DNA of 62,873 nt, the filler included, from Nemertoderma westbladi (lineage: Eukaryota; Animalia; Xenacoelomorpha), in NCBI GenBank assembly GCA_032718475.1. It is 3 parts of 3 records of this genome, joined end to end, with 100 filler letters (N's around TTAATTAATTAA, not from the genome) between each part and the next. Parts side by side here need not be neighbours in the genome. Positions count along the whole stretch, not along the records: positions 41,327 to 62,873 come from JAUCBJ010007950.1; 2 more parts are not named here. One strand, given 5' to 3'. Position numbers and translations under genes: made by a program. Shown piece by piece: positions 53,330 to 62,873 of this stretch. The notes below the pieces were generated by a model. That model made no database searches and was not told where the DNA came from. It was given only the letters and a program-made list of their open reading frames with translations. Positions within the stretch are counted from its first letter, which is position 1, and every line of letters begins with the position of its first letter.

Positions 53330-55290
53330 TACTACCACTACTCAGGTCGAGCGAGCTCGGGACAGTGGAAATGAGATCCTTCCAGGCTTCCCGATTATCT
53401 ATAGTTGTCACACTTTTGTTCCTCTCAAGTCCAGTATCCCTTTCAATCTGGTCTATGTAATGAATTTAAAATGAGAATTAATCCCATAAAAACTCAGTTT
53501 ATGTTTGTGAATGGAACAACCATTGACAAAGTCGACATTGGCAGCTCCGATGGTTCAATTATAGTTAAAAATACAGAAACCTATCTATATCTAGGAGCTA
53601 TTTTCTGACAAGATTCTAATTTAAAAAGAGCGATCCAGGATCAAATGAAACTCAAGATACCACATGTGTTAAAGTTTACAGTATTTACCCAGCGGAACCC
53701 CGATATGCCTTTTCTATGAAGAACCAATTTTTTGATGCATCCTTGATCTCCTCTATCTTGTATTCATGCGAATCATGGTTTGGTTCTTCTATCGCTCCTG
53801 TTAATAAAGTTTACATGGGATTGGTAAAACAATTGCTTGGTTTTCGGCGCTCCAGTCCAAATGACGTTTGCTTGATAGAGATCGGGCTACCTAGAATTAT
53901 TTACAAAGCGAAACAAATACAGAAAATGTTTTACCAGACTTTACTGTCTGGAAAGTTGGATGATGACACACCTGTAGCAATTGTTAGTTGATATCGCACG
54001 AAGATCAAACTCCCTGTACTACAAATATATCGAAAGTTCTTCCAACACAAACTTTATTCCGACAGGCATTAGTGAAATACAGACTGACATTAGCAATTGC
54101 GAATAAAAGGCAAGAAAAACTTTACTTTACCAGACCTGCAACCCGGCTCTATGTCAAACACCTCTTTACTCAGGTAAACATCTTTCACCTCTACCAGAAC
54201 ATCTTCGCCGAGTATGGACGAGGTTAAGGGTTGGCAGCCATAATCTTCCTGTCGAGTACCAACGGTGGAAACGAATTCTAATTGCGAATAAAAGGCAACA
54301 AAAACTTTATTTTACCAGACCTGCAACCCGGATCTATGTCAAACGCCTCTTTACATCGGGTAAACATCTTTCACCTCTACCAGAACATCTTCGCCGAGTA
54401 TGGACGAGATTGAGGGTTGGCAGCCATAATCTTCCTGTCGAGTACCAACGGTGGAAACGAATTCCAAGACTGGAAGGTGTGTGCCCATATGGCTTTAAGG
54501 AATCATCAGAGGAACACGTAATTTTAAGATGCCCATAATAAACTCGTTAAGATCCAATTATTTTGAAATCTTTCCATCCTCTTTAATTGATCTTTTTTCT
54601 GTAGATGATCAGAAGACAGTAGCAACATTCATCTTTCGTGTATTAGAGTTCTTCGACAGCCAATACCATATCCACTCTTATCCATTATACATTTAATAAT
54701 CCGAAATTACAGAGTTTAGAGTTGCAATGATTTGATATTTGGTTCTCCCATATTGTTCAGTGTTCATTATATATATATATACTGGTGTCGGTGAACTAGT
54801 AATTATGATATTGTGTTTTGTGTATTCTATTTGACCTTGATTTTCTGTGATGTATATGTATGTATATATTTGTTATTTTGGACTTTATGCCCGGGTATTT
54901 GGTCAATAAACTAACTAACTAACTATATATGTTATTGTCCAATGTGTTGGTTGCCAGAAAAGTAGATCTGGTATGACCTCGTCTTTACTTCTCCAGCAGT
55001 GCCCACTGAATCTTATCAACCACTGGGTGGTTGATACAGGTTGTATTGTACCGTTCGGCGTTTGCCATGTGTTGTCTCCAGCTGATGTTTAGGGCTGCCC
55101 TTAGTAGTCTTGTGTAGCAACCATCAATTCGTTGTTCAAGTGATTTCGTCAGTATCCAGGTCTCACCCCCGTATAAAAGTACATTTTCCACTATGACTCG
55201 AAAGAACTTCGTCTTCAGGAACACAAGGTACTGGAAGTCGTCAACGTTCTGTATTTGATTTTTATCGGTGGTGGTCTGGTCAGCTTCCAT
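53330..55290 (-). mobile_element. RTE family 2 fragment, split by a nested LINE
   Basis: 53330-53455 matches the 3' end of 25597-25971 (NREAWKDLISTV); 54924-55290 has LLYGGETW..IDGCYTRLLRAALNISW. Confidence 0.8.
53456..54923 (+). mobile_element. Degenerate LINE 3' part (RT C-terminus) nested in the RTE
   Basis: INPIKTQFM, YLYLG, ILYSCESW, RLRVGSHNLPVE; aataaa followed by a (ctaa)n tail at 54905-54923; internal ~180-bp duplication. Confidence 0.7.
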
Positions 55291-55668
55291 TAACATAAAA
55301 GTAATGAATTCTGAATTCGGCCTTGGTAGTATTCATATTTCCAATATTTCCAGTATTCATATTCACATTTCCAACCTCCTAAGCAGCCCTTTCCACTGTG
55401 TTCACCATTTCCTCTGTGTTCAGTAGAAGTCGTTAATTCGTAATAATAATAAGTGATTTGTTGTGGGGTGAGTGACGCGGTGTATTAAATATACAATGTA
55501 AATAAGACAATATGATAATGCTCTCCATAGCGAAAAATATCAACCGGCCCTATTGGGGTTCGAACCCGGTACCTAGGTATACAAGCATATATAGTATATA
55601 TGACATACATACGAAATACCAGATTCTAATGAAAGTAAAAGTTATATATAGTTTCTGTGCCTTTCTAG

Positions 55669-55794
55669 CTACTTGCGACTCTGGTATGACCTGCCCCACC
55701 AAGTCACGCTGTGTCAAATACTCTGATGGATCAGATGTATGTCATTGTGAACTCGGATACATGAAAACCTATGATGGAAAGTGCGCAATGAGAG
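55669..55794 (+). CDS. EGF-repeat protein, exon 9
   Basis: TCDSGMTCPTKSRCVKYSDGSDVCHCELGYMKTYDGKCAMR; ag/gtaggt, 126 nt. Confidence 0.88.
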
Positions 55795-57335
55795 GTAGGT
55801 TGGGGTACTGACACGGTGATACCATTATGGTAGGATTGCTGGATTGGGTATGTTAGATTGGGGTAGTGGCGTAGGTACCGGTCTGGTGTAGAAGGTTGGG
55901 GTACTGGCACTGGGATACTGGTATGGTAGGTTGGGGTACTGGCATTGGGATACCGGTACAGTAGGTTGGGGTACTGGCATTGGGATACCGGTACAGTAGG
56001 TTGGGGTACTGGCATTGGGATACCATTATGGTAGGATTGGGTATGTTAGATTGGGGTAGTGGCGTAAGTACCGGTCTGGTGTAGAAGGTTGGGGTACTGG
56101 CACTGGGATACTGGTATGGTAGGTTGGGGTACTGGCATTGGGATACCGGTACAGTAGGTTGGGGTACTGGCATTGGGATACCGGTACAGTAGGTTGGGGT
56201 ACTGGCATTGGGATACCATTATGGTAGGATTGGGTATGTTAGATTGGGGTAGTGGCGTACCAGTCTGGTGTAGTAGGTTGGGTTACTGGCACTGGGATAC
56301 CAGTATGGTAGGTTGGGGTACTGGCATTGGGATACCGGTACAGTAGGTTGGGGTACTGGCACTGGGATACCGGTATAGTAGGTTGGGGTACTGGCATTGG
56401 GATACCGGTACAGTAGGTTGGGGTACTGGCATTGGGATACCGGTACAGTAGGTTGGGGTACTGACACGGTGATACCATTATGGTAGGATTGGGTATGTTA
56501 GATTGGGGTAGTGGCGTAGGTACCGGTCTGGTGTAGAAGGTTGGGGTACTGGCACTGGGATACTGGTACAGTAGGTTGGGGTACTGGCACTGGGATACCA
56601 GTATGGTAGGTTGGGGTACTGGCATTGGGATACCGGTACAGTAGGTTGGGGTACTGGCACTGGGATACCGGTATAGTAGGTTGGGGTACTGGCATTGGGA
56701 TACCGGTACAGTAGGTTGGGGTACTGGCATTGGGATACCGGTAGCGGTACAGTAGGTTGGGGTACTGACACGGTGATACCATTATGGTAGGATTGGGTAT
56801 GTTAGATTGGGGTAGTGGCGTAGGTACCGGTCTGGTGTAGAAGGTTGGGGTACTGGCACTGGGATACTGGTACAGTAGGTTGGGGTACTGGCACTGGGAT
56901 ACCAGTATGGTAGGTTGGGGTACTGGCATTGGGATACCGGTACAGTAGGTTGGGGTACTGGCATTGGGATACCAGTACGGTAGGTTTGGGTACTGACACT
57001 GTGATACCATTATGGTAGGATTGGGTATGTTAGATTGGGGTAGTGGCGTAGGTACCGGTCTGGTGTAGAAGGTTGGGGTACTGGCACTGGGATACTGGTA
57101 TGGTAGGTTGGGGTACTGGCATTGGGATACCGGTACAGTAGGTTGGGGTACTGACACTGTGATAGGCCTACCATTACGGTAGGTTTGGGCATGTTAGATT
57201 GTTGTAGTGGCATACTGGTCCGGTATAGTAGGTTGGGGGTACTGGCATTTGGATACCGGTACAGTAGGTTGGGGTACTGGCACTGGGATACCGGTACAGT
57301 AGGTTGGGGTACTGGCACAGTGATACCATTACGGT
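55795..57335. repeat. G-rich 35-bp intronic minisatellite with higher-order structure
   Basis: Unit gtaggttggggtactggcattgggataccggtaca, interleaved with a recurring ~60-bp block. Confidence 0.93.
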
Positions 57336-58153
57336 AGGACATTTCGTTTGGGGCAGTGGAGTACAATAACGGTAGGGTGGGGTAGTAGGGTACAGTTACG
57401 GTAGTTTGGGTCAGTGGGGTTCTGTGATGGAAAGGGTACCAGAGGAGGTACAGAGGTATGATAATTAGGTATATTTTCCCAAACTGGCGAGTTTTAGGTG
57501 TTGAAACAATTTTACTTCCAGCTATGGAGTCTCCAGTTTCAGTTTCAACATCAGACATACCAAATTACTAATATATACAGCTGTACAAAATAAAAATAAA
57601 TAGGCCTATCGGCCCTATCCTATATATTTGAAAATCAAAGGCAAATAGGTACCACAGTACTTACTGCATGCTGTGACTGACTGATATATGAAATTAACCT
57701 AATACATTATTTGAATTTCCCCCTTTACCTCATTCTCGCTACACCAATAGGATAATGTGGAATGTGGAATTTCTAATTTTTACAACAGATAGTGACTGAG
57801 ACTACTAATAGGAATAGCAGTGTATTGGAAATATAAATTATATTACTGAGAAATTATTGTTGCGGGTATTTATATGTGCTAATTATATAATACTGAAAAA
57901 TAGGGTGTATTCAAATTGTAAATCACCTAACTACATAGTGGCTACACATGACTACATAGGGCGGGGCTCTAAATGATGGTCATAATTTTTAGTGCAGATA
58001 TTATTAATAGGCATAAAAATACAGCCCAGACAAGTGAATTTTCGAAGATTTTGAAAAGTGATTCACCCTAATGCTGCACCTGCAGAGGTGGCAATTCTAT
58101 TGGTGATGGTGTGAGGGATGGGATTAATTACATAATGTTCCATTTACTTATAG

Positions 58154-58279
58154 ACCCATGTGAGTATCACCCATGTGCTAATTATACTCACTGCATAGCT
58201 GAGGGGCCTTGGAAACACAGATGCGAGTGCAACAAGGGATACATATCGGCGGAAGGAGCTTTAGCCTGTCGGCTACCAG
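58154..58279 (+). CDS. EGF-repeat protein, exon 10
   Basis: DPCEYHPCANYTHCIAEGPWKHRCECNKGYISAEGALACRLP; ag/gtcagt, 126 nt. Confidence 0.9.
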
Positions 58280-58585
58280 GTCAGTAAAATTCCTCTTATA
58301 ATAGTTTTTATGTCAAAAGTGATATTTATATTTTAGTGGGTTTATTAGAATCTCAGCGCATTTCATGAAATTGGAAAAATCCGCGAATGTATATACTAAT
58401 ATATATATTATTTCACCAAATTTATTTCCTATGAAATATGTGTTGGATTTTGAATAATATCGCTTGACACTAGACCTATATTGGCCCAACTATTTGGGAA
58501 TTCTAGCGCGAATTCTAGCGGGAAATCTATAATATACAAACTAACTATGGACTACTCGATAGATGTAACTAATTGATTATTTCAG

Positions 58586-58708
58586 ACCCGTGCCACCAAG
58601 TGTTGTGTTCCGCGGATTCCCGTTGCGTTGCATTGAGTCTCGATGAATACCGATGCCAATGCAACATTGGATTCTTCAGAAACTCACAGGACGAATGTGA
58701 AGAGCAAA
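58586..58708 (+). CDS. EGF-repeat protein, exon 11
   Basis: DPCHQVLCSADSRCVALSLDEYRCQCNIGFFRNSQDECEEQ; ag/gtaagt, 123 nt. Confidence 0.9.
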
Positions 58709-59217
58709 GTAAGTTGGAATAAATGGATTAATAAATGTCATTATCTTAAATCAGCTGCTTTAACATTGGGTGCGTTGGGTGTGTTGGGTGCGTTGGGTGT
58801 GTTGTGCGGGGCAAGTTGTTCAAGTTTACTGTCCGTATTAATTATCTGCAAATTACTAACGAGCTGAGGAGCCCTCTTCAGGGAGTGAAGTTTCATTATG
58901 AATGTTATTGTTAAATTCAACAAAGGGAGCGTAGACCCAAGAATTTAACAATAACACGTATTATTTATGGCAGTTCATACCATATTTTTCATAATTGTAA
59001 CCCATTATATAAATTTTTTAACACGTGTAAACAGTGGAGATGGGGTTCACTATTACCTATTACTAGATTACATGTTTAAGAATATTATAATAATTATTGA
59101 ATAAGGAAGATTCTATTGAAAAATTAATTAATATATTTCTCAAACAATTCTATTTATTTTTTATCCCTTCTAGTGCCACCTTTCAGTCATGTAAAAAATT
59201 ACTTAATTATAACATAC

Positions 59218-59531
59218 TGTAAAGTTAGGGTTACATGACAATAATTTTAATTAGAGTTTGAGCCTGTATTAGATCCAATAATAGAAAATACTAATATCAG
59301 TTCACAAAATAATAATAATGATTTTATAATTTGTTATTATATATATATATAAACTTGTCAGTCTACTGACTTACAATCATTGAAAGCATACCGGTACTAC
59401 AGTACTACCAAGCTTCAGTAATTAACTTATTCAGTACTGCAGTAGGTGTTAAGCACCAAATCTTAAAAACTAAAAAAAACATTCCCTTTACCGGTATCAA
59501 ACTGTCCATACACTAATGTGTATCTCTTACA
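59218..59531 (-). mobile_element. Ty3/Gypsy 3' LTR (left boundary approximate, 59190 also possible)
   Basis: On the minus strand a G-run PPT ending in TAG directly precedes TGTAAGAGATAC; the candidate far end reads ...TTTACA. Confidence 0.65.
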
Positions 59532-62500
59532 CTACCCCCCCACCAGTAGCGGAGCGTCTTGTAGGTTATATGACTTGATTTTAGGACGAAGGTTAAACTT
59601 AACAGTTTTCTTTTTTAGTTTCTTATAATCGTTTAGTGCTAAATCAAATGCCTTTTTGTATCCCCGAGTTGTTCGGTTATCAATATTTTGTTCAATTGGA
59701 TTGAAGAGTTTTATATTGTTCTCTGGAACAAATCCAATGCGATTAGACCCGTAATAGTGGACAGGAATCTTAGGTATAGATGAGCATTGTTTGTTTTGTA
59801 AAGATGGTATTACTAATCCAGGCCACGTTGGATATCCATCTTCTTTAGCCATTACAACAAGTCCTGGTTTGAACGTATTTTCGCCGTATTTTCGTGTTGT
59901 CATTACAGGTTCTTTGTTGTTTTTCATAGGTTTGATTTGTAAATGTGAGTTATTTGTAGTTGATTTCTCATCATTGTTTGATTTCTCATCATTGTTTTGG
60001 ATGAAAGCTGGTTTGGTTCGGTCTATCGAAATCTTTTGAGTCCTTCCTTTAATTTCAACTGTTACAGTTTTTTCATCGCGTTCTAGAACAACATATGGAC
60101 CAGTATATCGATCACTGAGTGAAGATTTGACGCGTTCATTTCTAATCCAAATGTTATTTGCAGTTTCAAGTGATTTTGGGATATATGTTTTTTTATTGAA
60201 TTGTCTCTCTGGGGCTCTATAGGAATCCATAGTTTTAAATAAATTATTCATATAGTCAGGAAGACTCTTTTGTTCATTTGTTTCGGTTGGCGCAAAAAAT
60301 TGTTGGGGTAGATCGATTGTACCACCATATACCATTTGTGTTGCAGTATATCCATCAGGAGCAATACTATTGCGTAATCCAAGTAATACCATCGGTAATG
60401 TATCAACCCAGGAAGATGTGGTTGCATGACATCGTAGTGAATTTTTCAGAGTTCGATGAAATCTCTCTACAGCGCCATTGCATTGGGGATGATAGGTTGT
60501 AGTTCTTTTTCTATTAATTCCAAGTGAATGCATTAATTCACTCCAAACAGCAGATTCGAATTGACTTCCCCTATCAGTTATTAGTTCTCTTGGAACGCCG
60601 AATCTTGATATCCAATTAGTAATCATGGCTTTTGCAACTGATTCCGTGCTTATGTTATTTACTGGAATAACTTCAAACCATCTTGTGAAACGATCAAGTA
60701 TTGTAACCATATATTCGTATCCTCTAGATTGTGGAACTTTACCAACTATGTCTATATGTACTGTTTGGAATCTACCTGTAGTTGGAATACCACCAATAGA
60801 TGATTTTGTATGAAGTGTTATTTTGCATTTTTGACAGCGCTGGCATTCACGGCACCAACGTCTAATATCTTTCCGCATTCCTGGCCAAATATATTTGCCT
60901 GAAACCATGTTTAATGTTGGTTTAGTACTTGTGTGAGCCAATTCATGTAACTGTTTAAATAGTTGAAATCGCATAATAGTAGGAACATATGGACGGAGAT
61001 AATCCTTTGAGGCATCACAGACCAAAATCGAGTTTCCAATTTTCACTCGTTTTAGTGGTAGAGTTGTTTTCTGAAAAAATTGTGACAGTGTGGAGTCATT
61101 ATGTTGTTCTTTAGCTAGTTTTTCATCAAATTCAACAGATATGTTACTGCAATCGCGAGATAATGTATCAGCTACTATATTGGCGGTGCCTGATACATGA
61201 GATATGTGGCAATTGAATTCGGAAATATAAGATAGCCACCTAGTTTGTTGCGGAGATGGATTTTTCATTGTTAGTGCATTAATTAGTGGTTTGTGGTCAG
61301 TTTTAATGTCAAACTCAACAGAAATGAGCCATGAAAAATGTCGTAATGCAAGATAAATTGCAAGTAGTTCTCTGTCAAAGGTAGACTTCCTAGATTCAAG
61401 TTCAGTTAGTTTCGCAGAAAAAAATGCAAGTGGTTGTCTTTCACCATTTTTCAATTGGTTCAACACTGCACCAACAGCAACACCAGAGGCATCAGTTGTT
61501 AGTTCTAATTTTGCAGTTGAATCAGGAAATGCCAGTGTAACTGAGTTTTTTAACATTTCTTTCAAATCAAAGAAGGCTTTCTCAGCTGTATCATTCCATT
61601 CTAAAGGTTTAAGTTTGTTTGTTTTATCTACAAAACGAGTCAAATCTGTTAAAGGAGTTGCAACTCGTGAAAATCCAGGAATAAATCTGTGATAATAACC
61701 AGCCATACCAAGAAAACGTTTTAATGTCTTTATTGTGGTTGGTGTTTGAATTTTTTCTATAGCCTTAACGTTATCTAATAATGGTTTTATTCCTGCACTG
61801 GAAATTTGAACACCAGCAAATTTTATTTCTGAACAGAAAAATTTGCATTTGTCTAGTCGTAATTTTAAACCAAGTTGTGTAAATCTATTTAAAATTATTG
61901 ACAAATGTTGAAGGTGTTCTTCTTCATTCTTGCTTGCTAAAGTGACATCATCTTGGTATCCCCAAGTAAACTCTAAACCATTGGTAGCGGAATCCATGAG
62001 TCTTTGGAATGTTGAACTAGCATTTCTCATTCCATATAACATCCGACGGAAAATAAACAAGCCAAATTGAGTTATTATTGCAGTCTTTTGTTGATCTTCG
62101 GGGTGAACTGGAATTTGTATGTATGCGGAGGCCAGATCGAGTTTTGAAAATACGGTACATCCTTGAAAACCACTCGGAAGGTCATTTAGGTTAGGCATTG
62201 GGTAACGATCAGGTACTGTTTGATTATTTAAGCCACGATAGTCACCACAAGCACGGAATGGTGTTGTTTTTGAGTTTGGTTGTTCTACTATATGCAAAGG
62301 GGATGCATAAGGTGATTCACCACGATAACATACACCAAGTTGTTCCCAATTTGTAAATATCTCTTTCGCTATTTGTAATTTTTTTCCATAAAGTCGGCGA
62401 GCTCTACAATAATATGGCGCGCCTTTTGTTATTATGTGATGTTCTACTTTGTGTTTGACAGGAGTGGATATGTTGATAGGAGTGAATAAGTCGGGATGGT

Positions 62501-62873
62501 TATTCAATAATCGCTTGACACTATCGCGATATTGATTATTTTCAATTGTAATATGACAAATATTAAAATCAATTGAATTAATTGAGTTTGAATTAGTTGC
62601 TGGTAAAGTTTGTTTTATGCTATCTGTAGATTTAGGTAAATTATCTGAAGAAATCAGTCGATTATTCACGCAATCGATGAGTAATTTTTCTTTTTTTAAA
62701 AAATCTATACCTAATATTGGTTTTGAAACATCGGCTACATAAAAGTTCCATGTGAATACTTTGTTACCAATATCAGGCAGGGTAAACATTAAAGATTGTA
62801 TTCCATTAACTTTAATAGGAGTTTGGTTTGCTGCCTTTAAATTTATTTGAGGAGTTGGGCGAGTTTCTAATGT
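59532..62873 (-). mobile_element. Ty3/Gypsy pol (PR-RT-RH-IN) with C-terminal PWWP domain; uninterrupted, continues past the window
   Basis: PILGIDFL (protease end); RT SPYASP, GDYRGLN, YQDD; RH TDAS, RELLA, TDHKPL; IN HHCC, HIDIVG, TDRGSQF, ERFH, GPY; then FKPGLVVMAKEDGYPTWPG...VHYYG. Confidence 0.95.

Noticed and set aside
55731-57558. Pro-rich minus-strand ORFs (PVPQPTVPVSQCQYPN)
   Set aside because: Translations of a 35-bp intronic satellite whose unit is not a multiple of 3.

Overview
AT-rich invertebrate (metazoan) genomic scaffold with two artificial gap spacers, dominated by nested transposable elements and satellites. Host genes: one intronless, divergent rhodopsin-class (peptide/FMRFamide-receptor-like) GPCR (12127-13263) and at least 11 phase-1/1 exons of an EGF-repeat protein gene (46444-58708, both ends not seen). 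Mobile DNA: a degenerate PIF/Harbinger, a Kolobok-like MITE, RTE and CR1/L2-type LINE fragments, tRNA-derived SINEs, a degenerate Crypton-like tyrosine-recombinase element associated with a 30-bp minisatellite, a CACAGTG-ended foldback element, a BEL/Pao 3' half and three copies of a very long LTR, one linked to an orphan ORF of at least 640 codons. The most striking feature is a Ty3/Gypsy pol (uninterrupted within the window) whose integrase ends in a LEDGF/HDGF-like PWWP domain. This is a candidate self-encoded H3K36me-reading targeting module, and the element probably lies in an intron of the EGF gene. All family calls come from motif recognition by eye; no searches were run.
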